Positions 22,640 to 37,600 of a DNA stretch of 64,000 nt are shown one piece after another. The stretch spans positions 310,388,335-310,452,334 of the forward strand of contig NC_052146.1 of assembly GCF_902713615.1 (NCBI RefSeq). The letters are read 5' to 3'. Numbering within the stretch: the stretch's first letter is position 1; each line of letters opens with the position of its first letter. A model generated the notes under the pieces. It searched no databases, was not told where the DNA came from, and was given only the letters and a program-made list of their open reading frames with translations. Position numbers and translations under genes: made by a program. The stretch comes from Scyliorhinus canicula (Eukaryota).

Positions 22640-25600
22640 CTGAAACACAATCAAATGCACAGCATATTAGGTCATGGGAAAAGACACTTAGCCCCCAACT
22701 CAAACACAGAACAAACCCACCCCCAACCCAAACACAGAACAAACCCACCCCCAAACTAAACACAGAACAAACCCACTCCCCAAACAAAACACAGAACAAA
22801 CCCACCCCCCAAACTAAACAAAGAACAAACCCACGCCCAAACTAAACACAGAACAAACCCACCCCCAAACTAAACACAGAACAAACCCACCCCCCAAACT
22901 AAACACAGAACAAACCCACCCCCCAAACAAAACACAGAACAAATGCACCCCCCAAGCCAAATACTGAACAAACCCACCCCCAAACTAAACACAGAACAAA
23001 CCCACCCCCCAAACTAAACACAGAACAAACCCACCCCCCAAACTAAACACAGAACAAACGCACCCCCAAGCCAAACACAGAACAAAACCGCCCCCAAACT
23101 AAACACGGAACAAGCCCACCCCCAAACTAAACACAGAACAAACCCACCCCCCAAACTAAACACAGAACAAACCAACCCCAAACTAAACACAGAACAAACC
23201 CACCTCTCAAACTAAACACAGAACAAATTCACCCCCCAAACTAAACACAGAACAAACCCACCCCCCAAACTAAACACAGAACAAACCCACCCCCAAACTA
23301 AACACAGAACAAACACACCCCCAAACTAAACACAGAACAAACCCCCCCCAAACTAAACACAGAACAAACCCACCTCCAAACTAAACGCAGAACAACCCAG
23401 CCCCAAACTAAACACAGAACAAACCCACACCCAATCTAAACACAGAACAAACCCACCCCCAAACTAAACACAGAACAAACCCACCCCCAAACTAAACACA
23501 GAACAAACCCACGCCAAAACTAAACACAAACCCACTCCCAAAGTGAACACAGAACAAACCCACTCCCAAACTTCTATATTCTACATATTAGAGAACTTAT
23601 TGGGGAAGCACGGTAGCATGGTGGTTAGCATAAATGCTTCACAGCTCCAGGTTCCCAGGTTCGATTCCCGGCTGGGACACTCTGTGCGAAGTCTGCACGT
23701 CCTCCCCGTGTGTGCGTGGGTTTCCTCTGGGTGCTCCGGTTTGCTCGCACAGTCCAAAGGTGTGCGGGTAAGGTGGATTGGCCATGCTAAATTGCCCGTA
23801 GTGTCCTAAAAAAGTAAGGTTAAGGGGGGGATTGTTGGGTTACGGTTATAGGGTGGATACGTGGGTTTGAGTAGGGTGACCATTGGCTCGGCACAACATC
23901 GAGGGCCGAAGGCCGTGCTGTTCTATGTTTTAGAACAAACCCACCCCCAAACTAAACACAGAACAAACCCACCCCCAAACTAAACGCAGAACAAACCCAC
24001 CCCCAAACTAAACAGAACAAACCCATTCCAAACTGAACACAGAACAAACCCACCCAAACTCAACACAGAACAAACTCACCCCCAAACTAAACGCAGAACA
24101 AACCCACCCCCAAACTAAACAGAACAAACCCACCCCCAAACTAAACGCAGAACAAACCCACCTCCAAACTAAACAGAACAAACCCACCCCCCAAACTAAA
24201 CACAAACCCACCCCAAACTGAACACAGAACAAACCCACCCCAAACTAAACAGAACAAACCCACCCCCAAACTAAACACAAACACACCCCCCAAACTGAAC
24301 ACAGAACAAACCCACCCCCAAACTAAACACAGAACAAACCCACCCCCAAACTAAACACAGAACAAACCCACCCCCAAACTAAATACAGAACAAACACACC
24401 CCCAAACTAAACACAGAACAAACCCACCCCCAAACTAAATACAGAACAAACACACCCCCAAAACTAAACACAAACCTACCACAAACTAAACACAACCTAG
24501 TCCCAAAGCTAAACACAGAACAAACCCACCCCCAATCCAAACACAGAAATAAACCCACCCCCAAACTAAACAAAGAACAAACCCACCCCAAAACTAAACA
24601 CAGAACAAACCCGCCCCCAAACTAAACACAGAACAAACCCACCCCCAAACTAAACACAGTACAAACCCATCCCCAAACTAAACACAGTACAAACCCACTC
24701 CAAACTAAACACAAACCTACCCCCAAATTAAACACACACCTACCCCCAAACTAAACGCAGAACAACCCCACCCCCAAACTAAATACAGAACAAAGCCACC
24801 CCAAACTAAACACAACCCCACCCCCAAACTAAATGCAGAACAACCCCACCCCCAAACAAAACACAGAACAATGTCACCCCCAAACTAAACACAGAACAAA
24901 CCCACCCCCAAAACTAAACACACACATACCTCCAAACTAAACACAAACCCACCCCAAACTAAACACAGAACAAAACCACCCCAAACTAAACACAGAACAA
25001 ACCCACACGCAAACATAAATACAGAACAAACGCACCCCCAAACTAAACAGAACAAACCCATTCCAAACTAAACACAGTTCAAACCCACCCCAAACTAAAC
25101 ACAGAACAAACTCACCCCCAACCTAAATGCAGAACAAACCCAGCCCCAAACTAAACAGAACAAACCCACCTCCAAACTAAACGCAGAACAAACCCACGCC
25201 CAAACTAAACAGAACAAACCCACCCCCAAACTAAACACAAACCCACCACCAAACTAAACACAAACCGACCCCCAAACTAAACACAAACCCACCCCCCAAA
25301 CTGAACACAGAACAAACCCACCAAAACTAAACAGAACAAACCCACCCCCAAAACTGAACACAGGACAAACCCACCCCAAACGCAACACAAACCCACCCCC
25401 AAACTAAATGCAGAACAACCCCACACCCAAACTAAATACAGAACAAAGCCACCCCCAAACTAAACACAAACCCACCCCCAAACAAAACGCAGAACAACCC
25501 CACCCCCAATCTAAACACAGGACAAACCCACCCACAAACTAAATACAGAACAAACCCCTCCCCAAAATTAACACTGAACAAGCCCAGCCTCAAAACTAAA

Positions 25601-28600
25601 CACAAACCCACCCCAAAACTAAACACAGAACAAACCCCCCCCCAAACTAGACACAGAACAAACCCACCCCCAAACTAAACACAGAACAATCCCACCCCAA
25701 AGATAAACACAGTACAAACCCATCCCCAAACTAAACACAGTACAAACCCACCCCAAACTAAACAAAAACCTACCCCCAAATTAAACACACACCTACCCCC
25801 AAACTAAACACAGACCAACCCCACCCCCAAACTAAATACAGAACAAAGCCACCCCAAAACTAAACACAACCCCACCCCCAAACTAAATGCAGAACAACAC
25901 CACCACCAAAATAAACACAGAACAATGCCATCCCCAAACTAAACACAGAACAAACCCAGCCCCAAAACTAAACACACACCTACCCCCAAACTAAACACAA
26001 ACCCACCCCCAAACTAAACACAGAACAAACCCACCCCCCAAACTAAACACAGAACAAACCCACCCCCAAACTAAACACAGAACAAACCCACCCTGAACTA
26101 ACCACAGAACAAACCCACCCCCAAACTAAACAGAACAAACCCATTCCAAACTGAACACAGAACAAACTCACCCCAAACTAAACACAGAACAAACTCACCC
26201 CCAAACTAAACGCAGAACAAACCCACCCCCCAAACGAAACAGAACAAACCCACCCCCAAACTAAACTCAGAACAAACCCACCCCCAAACTAAACAGAACA
26301 AACCCACACCCAAACTAAACACAAACCCACCTCCAAACTGAACACAGAGCAAACCCACCCCAAACTAAACACAGAACAAACCCACCCCCAAACTAAGTAC
26401 AGAACAAACACACCCACAAACTAAACACAGAACAAACCCACCCCCCAAACTAAATACAGAACAAACACAGCCCCAAAACTAAACACAAACCTACCACAAA
26501 CTAAACACAACCTAGTCCCAAAACTAAACACAGAACAAACCCACCCCCAATCCAAACACAGAACAAACCCACCCCCAAACTAAACAAAGAACAAATCCAC
26601 CCCCAAACTAAACACAGAACAAACCCACCCCCAAACTAAACACAGAACAAACCCACCCCCAAACTAAACACAGTACAAACCCATCCCCAAACTAAACACA
26701 GTACAAACCCACCCCAAACTAAACACAAACCTAACCCCAAACTAAACACACACCTACCCCCAAACTAAACGCAGAACAACCCCACCCCCAAACTAAATAC
26801 AGAACAAAGCCACCCCAAACTAAACACAACCCCACCCCCAAACTAAATGCAGAACAACCCCACCCCCAAACTAAACACAGAACAATGCCACCCCCAAACT
26901 AAACACAGAACAAACCCACCCCCAAAACTAAACACACACCTACCCCCAAACTAAACACAAACCCACCCGAAACTAAACACAGAACAAACCCACCCCCAAA
27001 CTAAGCACAGAACAAACCCACCCCCAAACATAAACACAGAACAAACCCACCCTGAACTAACCACAGAACAAACCCAGCCCCAAACTAAACAGAACAAACC
27101 CACCTCCAAACTAAACGCAGAACAAACCCACCCCCAAAACTAAACAGAACAAACCCACCCCCAAACTAAACACAAACCCACTCCCAAACTAAACACAAAC
27201 CCACCCCCAAACTAAACACAAACCCACCCCCAAACTGAACACAGAACAAACCCACCCAAACTAAACAGAACAAACCCACCCCCAAAACTGAACACAGGAC
27301 AAACCCACCCCAAACTCAACACAAACCCACCCCCAAACTAAACGCAGAACAACCCCACACCCAAACTAAATACAGAACAAAGCCACCCCCAAACTAAACA
27401 CAAACCCACCCCCAAACAAAACGCAGAACAACCTCACCCCCAATCTAAACACAGAACAAACCCACCCCCAAACTAAATACAGAACAAACCCCTCCCCAGA
27501 ATTAACACAGAACAAGCCCACCCTCCAAACTAAACACAAACCAAGCCCCAAAACTAAACATAGAACAAATCCAACCCCAACCCAAACACAGAACAAACCC
27601 ACCCCAAACTAAACACAGAACAAACCCACACCCAAACTAAGCACAGAACAAATCCACCCCCAAACTAAACACAGAACAAACCCACCCCCAAACTAAACAC
27701 AGTACAAACCCATCCCCAAACTAAACACAGTACAAACCCACCCCAAACTAAACAAAAACCTACCCCCAAACTAAACACACACCTACCCCCAAACTAAACA
27801 CAATCCCTCCCCCAAACTAAACACAGAACAAACCCACCCCCAAACTAAACACAGAACAAACCCACCCCCAAACTAACACAGAAGAAACCCACCCTGAACT
27901 AACCACAGAACAAACCCACCCCCAAACTAAACAGAACAAACCCATTCCAAACTGAACATAGAACAAACCCACCCCAAACTAAACACAGAACAAACTCACC
28001 CCCAAACTAAACGCAGAACAAACCCACCCCCAAACTAAACAGAACAAACCCACCCCCAAACTAAACGCAGAACAAACCCACCCCCAAACTAAACAGAACA
28101 AACCCACCCCCCAAACTAAACACAAACACACCCCCAAACTGAACACAGAACAAACCCACCCCAAACTAAACACAGAACAAACCCACCCCCAAACTAAATA
28201 TAGAAAAAACACACCCCCAAACTAAACACAGAACAAACCCACCCCCAAACTAAATACAGAACAAACACACCCCCAAAACTAAACACAACCCCACCCCCAA
28301 ACTAAATGCAGAACAACACCACCCCCAAAATAAACACAGAACAATGTCAACCCCAAACTAAACAGAGAACAAACCCAGCCCCAAAACTAAACACACACAT
28401 ACCCCCAAACTAAACACAACACCACCCCCAAACTAAATGCAGAACAACCCCACCCACAAACAAAACACAGAACAATGCCACCCCCAAACTAAACACAGAA
28501 CAAACCCACCCCAATACTAAATACACACCTACCCCCAAACTAAACACAAACCCACCCCAAACTAAACACAGAACAAACCCACCCCCAAACTAAACACAGA

Positions 28601-31600
28601 ACAAACCCACCCCCAAACATAAACACAGAAAAAACCCACCTCCAAACTAAGTACAGAACAAACACACCCCCAAACTAAACACAGTACAAACCCATCCCCA
28701 AACTAAACACAGTACAAACCCACCCCAAACTAAACAAAAACCTACCCCCAAACTAAACACACACCTACCCCCAAACTAAACACAAACCCACCCCCAAACT
28801 AAACACAGAACAAACCCACCCCCCAACTAAACACAGAACAAACCCACCCCCAAACTAAACACAGAAGAAACCCACCCTGAACTAACCACAGAACAAACCC
28901 ACCCCCAAACTAAACAGAACAAACCCATTCCAAACTGAACACAGAACAAACCCACCCCAAACTAAACACAGAACAAACTCACCCCCAAACTAAACGCAGA
29001 ACAAACCCACCCCCCAAACTAAACAGAACAAACCCACCCCCAAACTAAACAGAACAAACCCACCCCCAAACTAAACACAAACCCACCCCCAAACTGAACA
29101 CAGAACAAACCCACCCCAAACTAAACACAGAACAAACCCACCCCCAAACTAAATACAGAAAAACACACCCCCAAACTAAACACAGAACAAACCACCCCCA
29201 AACTAAATACAGAACAAACCCAGCCCCAAAACTAAACACACACCTACCCCCAAACTGAACACAACCCCACCCCCAAACTAAATGCAGAACAACCCCACCC
29301 CCAAACTAAAACACAGAACAATGCCCACCCCCAAACTAAACACAGAACAAACCACCCCCAAACTAAACACAACAACCCTACCCCCAAACTAAACACAAAC
29401 CCACCCCCAAACTAAACACAGAACAAACCCCACCCCCAAACTAAACACAGAACAAACCCACCCCCAAACATAAACACAGAACAAACCCACCCTGAACTAA
29501 CCACAGAACAAACCCAGCCCCAAACTAAACAGAACAAACCCACCTCCAAACTAAACGCAGAACAAACCCACCCCCAAAACTAAACACAAACCCACCCCAA
29601 ACTAAACACAAACCCACCCCCAAACTGAACACAGAACAAACCCACCCAAACTAAACAGAACAAACCCACCCCCAAAACTGAACACAGGACAAACCCACCC
29701 CAAACTCAACACAAACCCACCCCAAACTAAACGCAGAACAACCCCACACCCAAACTAAATACAGATCAAAGCCACCCCCAAACTAAACACAAAACCCACC
29801 CCCAAACAAAACACAGAACAACCCCACCCCCCAATCTAAACACAGAACAAACCCACCCCCAAACTAAATACAGAACAAACCCCTCCCCAAAATTAACACA
29901 GAACAAACCCACCCTCCAAACTAAACACAAACCTAGCCCCAAAACTAAACACAGAACAAACCCAACCCCAAACTAAACACAGAACAAACCCACCCCCAAA
30001 CTAAACACAGTACAAACCCATCCCCAAACTAAACACAGTACAAACCCACCCCCAAACTAAACAGAACAAACCCACCCACCAAACTAAACACAAACTCTCC
30101 CCCAAACTGAACACAGAACAAACCCACCCCCAAACTAAACAGAACAAACCCACCCCCAAACTAAACACAAACCCAGCCCCAAACTGAACACAGAACAAAC
30201 CCCACCCCAAACTAAACAGAACAAACTCACCCCCAAAACAGAACACAGAACAAACCCACCCCAAACTAAACACAAACCCACCCCCAAACTAAACAGAACA
30301 AACCCACCCCCCAAACTAAACACAAACTCACCCCCAAACTGAACACAGAACAGACCCACCCCAAACTAAACAGAACAAACCCACCCCCAAACTAAACACA
30401 AACCCACCCCCAAAACAGAACACAGAACAAACCCACCCCAAACTAAACACAAACCCACCCCCAAACTAAACGCAGAACAACCCCACCCCCAAACTAAATA
30501 CAGAACAAAGCCACCCACAAACTAAACACAAACCCACCCCCAAACTAAACGCAGAACAAACCCACCCCCAAACTAAGCACAAACCCACCCCAAACTAAAC
30601 ACAGAACAAACCAACCCCCCAAACTAAACACAAACCCACCCCAAACTAAACACAGAGCAAACCCACCCCCAAACTAAACACAAAACAAACCCTTCCCCAA
30701 AATAAACACAGAACAAGCCCAGCCTTAAACTAAACACAGAACAAATTCACCCCCAAACTAAACGCAGAACAAACCCACCCCCAAACTAAACACAAACCCA
30801 CCCCCAAACTAAACACAGAACAAACCCAACCACAAACTAAACACAGTACAAACCCACCCCCAAAATAAAAACAGAACAAACACACCTCCAAAATTAAACA
30901 CAGAACAAACCCACACCCAAACTATACAGAGAACAAGAGGACAGAGGTCAGAGGTGGGTTTTTTACGCAAAGAGTGGTGAGGCCGTGGAATGCCCTACCT
31001 GCAACAGTAGTGAACTCGCCAATATTGAGGGCATTTAAAAGTTTATTGGATAAGCATATGGATGATAAGGGCATAGTGTAGGTTAGATGGCCTTTCGTTT
31101 TTTTCCATGTCGGTGCAACATCGAGGGCCGAAGGGCCTGTACTGCGCTGTATCATTCTATAAACCCACCCCCAAACTAAACACAGAACAAACTCACCCCC
31201 AAACTAAACGCAGAACAAACCCACCCCCAAACTAAACAGAACAAACCCACCCCCAAACTAAACGCAGAACAAACCCACCCCCAAACTAAACAGAACAAAC
31301 CCACCCCCAAACTAAACAAAAACCTACCCCCAAACTAAACACACACCTACCCCCAAACTAAACACAGACCAACCCCACCCCCAAACTAAATACAGAAAAA
31401 ACACACCCCCAAACTAAACACAGAACAAACCCACCCCCAAACTAAATACAGAACAAACACACCCCCAAAACTAAACACAAACCTACCACAAACTAAACAC
31501 AACCTAGTCCCAAAACTAAACACAGAACAAACCCACCTCCAATCCAAACACAGAACAAACCCACCCCAAACTAAACACAGAACAAACCCACCCCCAAACT

Positions 31601-34600
31601 AAACACAGAACAAACCCACCCCAAACTAAACACAAACCTACCCCCAAACTAAACACAAACCCACCCCCAAACTAAACGCAGAACAACCCCACCCCCAAAC
31701 TAAATACAGAACAAAGCCACCCCAAACTAAACACAACCCCACCCCCAAACTAAACGCAGAACAACCCCACCCCCAAACTAAACACAGAACAATGCCACCC
31801 CCAAACTAAACACAGAACAAACCCACCCCCAAAACTAAACACACACCTACCCCCAAACTAAACACAAACCCACCCCAAACTAAACACAGAACAAACCCAC
31901 CCCCAAACTAAACGCAGAACAAACCCACCCCCAAACTAAACAGAACAAACCCACCCCCAAACTAAACGCAGAACAAACCCACCCCCAAACTAAACAGAAC
32001 AAACCCACCCCCAAACTAAACAAAAACCTACCCCCAAACTAAACACACACCTACCCCCAAACTAAACACAGACCAACCCCACCCCCAAACTAAATACAGA
32101 AAAAACACACCCCCAAACTAAACACAGAACAAACCCACCCCCAAACTAAATACAGAACAAACACACCCCCAAAACTAAACACAAACCTACCACAAACTAA
32201 ACACAACCTAGTCCCAAAACTAAACACAGAACAAACCCACCTCCAAACCAAACACAGAACAAACCCACCCCAAACTAAACACAGAACAAACCCACCCCCA
32301 AACTAAACACAGAACAAACCCACCCCAAACTAAACACAAACCTACCCCCAAACTAAACACAAACCCACCCCCAAACTAAACGCAGAACAACCCCACCCCC
32401 AAACTAAATACAGAACAAAGCCACCCCAAACTAAACACAAACCCACCCCCAAACTAAACGCAGAACAACCCCACCCCCAAACTAAACACAGAACAATGCC
32501 ACCCCCAAACTAAACACAGAACAAACCCACCCCCAAAACTAAACACACACCTACCCCCAAACTAAACACAAACCCACCCCAAACTAAACACAGAACAAAC
32601 CCACCCCCAAACTAAACACAGAACAAACCCACCCCCAAACATAAACACAGAACATACCCACCTGACTAACCACCAGAACAAACCCAGCCCCAACTAAACA
32701 GAACAAACCCACCTCCAAACTAAACGCAGAACAAACCCACCCCCAAACTAAACAGAACAAAACCCACCCCCAAAACTAAACAGAAACCCACCCCCAAACT
32801 AAACACAAACCCACCCCCAAACTAAACACAAACCCACCCCCAAAACGAAACACAGAACAAACCCACCCAAACTAAACAGAACAACCCACCCCAAAACTGA
32901 ACACAGGACAAACCCACCCCAAACTCAACACAAACCCACCCCCAAACTAAACGCAGAACAACCCCACCCCCAAACTAAATACAGAACAAAGCCACCCCCA
33001 AACTAAACACAAACCCACCCCCAAACAAAACGCAGAACAACCCCACCCCCAATCTAAACACAGAACAAACCCACCCCAAACTAAATACAGAACAAACCCA
33101 TCCCCAAAATTAACACAGAACAAGCCCACCCTCCAAACTAAACACAAACCTAGCCCCAAAACTAAACACAGAACAAACCCACCCCCAAACTAAACACAGA
33201 ACAAACCCACCCCCAAACTAAACACAGTACAAACCCATCCCCAAACTAAACACAGTACAAACCCACCCCAAACTAAACAAAAATCTACCCCCAAACTAAA
33301 CACACACCTACCCCCAAACTAAACACAGAACAACCCCACCCCCAAACTAAATACAGAACAAACCCACCCCCAAACTAAACACAACCCCACCCCCAAACTA
33401 AATGCAGAACAACACCACCCCCAAAATAAACACAGAACAATGTCACCCCCAAACTAAACACAGAACAAACCCAGCCCCAAAACTAAACACACACCTACCC
33501 CCAAACTAAACACAAACCCACCCCCAAACTAAACACAGAACAAACCCACCCCCAAACTAAACACAGAACAAACCCACCCCCAAACTCAACACAGAAGAAA
33601 CCCACCCTGAACTAACCACAGTCAAACCCACCCCCAAACTAAACAGAACATACCCATTCCAAACTGAACACAGAACAAACCCACCCCAAACTAAACGCAG
33701 AACAAACCCACCCCCAAACTAAACAGAACAAACCCACCCCCAAACTAAACGCAGTTTAATAGCGGGGCCGTGTCCCAGGGTCCCGGTTAATAGCGGGACT
33801 GGGTCCCAGGGTCCCGTTTAATAGCGGGACCGTGTCCCAGGATCCCGTTTGATAACTTGCAGAGCTGAGAAATCCCCGGCTGAATGAGTCCGACCCGAGA
33901 CTCTGTTTCATTTCCATTAAATCCCATCCTAATGATTCTCTCCGCCCGATACACCTTAAACTGGAATAAGACGAGGAAATGCTGGAAAAGCTCAGCAGGT
34001 CTGGCAGCAGCTGTGGAAAGAGAGACAGAATTAACGTTCAATTTCTTCACTGTCATTGTGAACTTGAAACGTTAATTCTGTTTCTCTCTCCACAGATGCT
34101 GCCAGGTGTGAGGTGGTTCACTTTGGAAGGAGTAACAGGAATGCAGAGTACTGGGCTAATGGCAAGATTCTTGGTACTGTAGATGAACAGAGAGATCTCG
34201 GCATCCAGGTACATAAATCCCTGAAAGTTGCCACCCAGGTTAATAGGGCTGTTAAGAAGGCATATGGTGTGCTAGCCTTTATAAGCAGGGGGGTTGAGTT
34301 TCGGAACCACAAGGTCATGCTGCAGCTGTACATAACTCTGGTGCGGCCGCACCTGGAGTACTGCGTGCAGTTCTGGTCACCACATTATAGGAAGGATGTG
34401 GAAGCTTTGGAACGGGTTCAGAGGAGATTTACTAGGATGTTGCCTGGTATGGAGGGAAGGTCTTACGAGGAAAGGCTCAGGGAATTGAGGTTGTTTTCGT
34501 TAGAGAGGAGAAGGCTGAGAGGTGACTTAATAGAGACATATAAGATAGTCAGAGGGTTAGATAGTGTGGACAGTGAGAGCCTCTTTCCTCGGATGGCGAT

Positions 34601-37600
34601 GACCAACACGCGGGGACATAGCTTTAAATTGAGGGGTGGTAGATATAGGACAGATGTCAGAGGCAGTTTCTTTACTCAGAGAGTAGTAGGGGTGTGGAAC
34701 GCCCTGCCTGCAACAGTAGTAGACTCGCCAACTTAAAGGGCATTTAAGTTGTCACTGGATAGACATATGGATGAAAATGGAATAGTGTAGGTCAGATAGG
34801 CTTCAGATAGTTTCACAGGTCGGCGCAACATCGAGGGCCGAAGGGCCCGTACTGCGCTGTAATGTTCTATGTTCTATGTACCTGCTGAGATTTTGCAGCA
34901 TTTAACGTTCTTATTTCAGATTTGCAGCGTGTGAGGTGTTTTGTTTTTAATCCCAGGTGGAAGAGTGGTGGGATGTGGCTACAGGAAGCTGTGCTGATAT
35001 TTGGGATCTGTTCCCCAGTCAGAGTCGGCTCCTTCAGAATGGGGACGGCAGATATGTAGCTAACCAAACTCTGGTGTGTGGAGTTAAAGAGAAGGAATGA
35101 TCTCCAATTAGCAGCATGATATCTGTCAAAAAGCCCTTACCTCAGCCGAGGTTGAAGCTTCCTCTTTGTTATTCGGCATTTTACCTGGAATAAAACAAGA
35201 ATCTTGAAGTGATTGTAACTGCTGATGTGATTGATAATCAGAGAGAAACTGGAGTGTGTGGGAAGTGTGGAGTTAGACGGTATCCCACTACAGGCTGATG
35301 GACTGGACACACTTCACCAGCCCAGCACACACTCACTCAATGAAATGCAGCTTTCTCTCAGTGGGGACTCTTGCCTCTGATTGAGATGGTTGTGGGTTCA
35401 AGGCCCACTCCAGCCACTGGAGTGTGTAGAACACGTGCAGCATTGTACTGTGAGGGTGAACACTGAGACAGCTGTGTAATGACAGAGGGATCGAGTGTCA
35501 GAGAGTCAGTACTGAGGGAGTGCTGCACTGTCAGAGGGTCAGTACTGAGGGAGTGCTGCACTGTCAGAGGGTCAGTACTGAGGGAGTGCTGCACTGTCAG
35601 AGGGTCAGTACTGAGGGAGTGCTGCACTGTCAGAGGGTCAGTACTGAGGGAGTGCTGCACTGTCAGAGGGTCGGTACTGAGGGAGTGCTGCACTGTCAGA
35701 GGGTCAGTACTGAGGGAGTGCCGCACTGTCAGAGGGTCAGTACTGAGGGAGTGCTGCACTGTCAGAGGGTCAGTACTGAGGGAGTGCTGCACTGTCAGAG
35801 GGTCAGTGCTGAGGGAGGGCTGCACTGTCAGAGGGTCAGTACTGAGGGAGTGCTGCACTGTCAGAGGGTCAGTACTGAGGGAGTGCCGCACTGTCAGAGG
35901 GTCAGTACTGAGGGAGTGCTGCACTGTCAGAGGGTCAGTGCTGAGGGAGGGCTGCACTATCAGAGGGTCAGTACTGAGGGAGTGCTGCACTGTCAGAGGG
36001 TCAGTACTGAGGGAGTGCCGCACTGTCAGGGGGTCAGTACTGAGGGAGTGCTCCACTGTCAGAGGGTCAGTACTGAGGGAGTGCTGCACTGTCAGAGGGT
36101 CAGTGCTGAGGGAGGGCTGCACTGTCAGAGGGTCAGTACTGAAGGAGTGCCTCACTGTCAGAGGGTCAGTACTGAGGGAGTGCTGCACTGTCAGAGGGTC
36201 AGTACTGAAGGAGTGCCTCACGGTCAGAGGGTCAGTACTGAGGGAGTGCTGCACTGTCAAAGGGTCAGTACTGAGGGAGTGCTGCACTGTCAAAGGGTCA
36301 GTACTGAGGGAGTGCTGCACTGTCAGAGGGTCAGTACTGAGGGAGTGCTGCACGGTCAGAGGGTCAGTACTGAGGGAGTGCTGCACTGTCAGAGGGTCAG
36401 TACTGAGGGTGTGCTGCACTGTCAGTGGGTCAGTACTGAGGGAGTGCTGCACTGTCAGTGGGTCAGTACTGAAGGAGTGCCTCACTGTCAGACGGTCAGT
36501 ACTGAGGGAGTGCCGCACTGTCAGAGGGTCAGTACTGAGGGAGTGCTGCACTGTCAGAGGGTCAGTACTGAGGGAGTGCTGCACTGTCAGAGGGTCAGTA
36601 CTGAGGGAGTGCTGCACTGTCAGAGGGTCAGTACTGAGGGAGTGCTGCACGGTCAGAGGGTCAGTACTGAGGGAGTGCTGCACTGTCAGAGGGTCAGTAC
36701 TGAGGGAGCGCTGCACTGTCAGAGGGTCAGTACTGAGGGAGTGCTGCACTGTCAGTGGGTCAGTACTGAGGGAGTGCTGCACTGTCAGTGGGTCAGTACT
36801 GAAGGAGTGCCTCACTGTCAGAGGGTCAGTACTGAGGGAGTGCCGCACTGTCAGAGGGTCAGTACTGAGGGAGTGCTGCACTGTCAGAGGGTCAGTACTG
36901 AGGGAGTGCTGCACTGTCAGAGGGTCAGTACTGAGGGTGTGCTGCACTGTCAGTGGGTCAGTACTGAGGGAGTGCTGCACTGTCAGTGGGTCAGTACTGA
37001 AGGAGTGCCTCACTGTCAGACGGTCAGTACTGAGGGAGTGCCGCACTGTCAGAGGGTCAGTACTGAGGGAGTGCTGCACTGTCAGAGGGTCAGTACTGAA
37101 GGAGTGCCTCACTGTCAGAGGGTCAGTACTGAGGGAGTGCCGCACTGTCAGAGGGTCAGTACTGAGGGAGTGCCTCACTGTCAGAGGGTCAGTACTGAGG
37201 GAGTGCTGCACTGTCAGAGGGTCAGTACTGAGGGTGTGCTGCACTGTCAGTGGGTCAGTACTGAGGGAGTGCTGCACTGTCAGTGGGTCAGTACTGAAGG
37301 AGTGCCTCACTGTCAGACGGTCAGTACTGAGGGAGTGCCGCACTGTCAGAGGGTCAGTACTGAGGGAGTGCTGCACTGTCAGAGGGTCAGTACTGAGGGA
37401 GTGCTGCACTGTCAGAGGGTCAGTACTGAGGGAGTGCTGCACTGTCAGAGGGTCAGTACTGAGGGAGTGCTGCACGGTCAGAGGGTCAGTACTGAGGGAG
37501 TGCTGCACTGTCAGAGGGTCAGTACTGAGGGAGCGCTGCACTGTCAGAGGGTCAGTACTGAGGGAGTGCTGCACTGTCAGTGGGTCAGTACTGAGGGAGT

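Larger units (their letters stand above)
22690..33753 (+). repeat. Satellite B, about 11 kb, AC-rich unit of about 28 bp (caaactaaacacagaacaaacccacccc)
   Basis: Continuous array interrupted at about 23560-23930 (SINE) and about 30925-31160 (LINE 3' end). Confidence 0.97.

Noticed and set aside
34867-35070. Alternative gene A terminal exon (SLVSYISAV…) after a 70-nt intron
   Set aside because: Reads into a transposon arm and has no homology to gene B's last exon; exon 22523-22639 fits far better.
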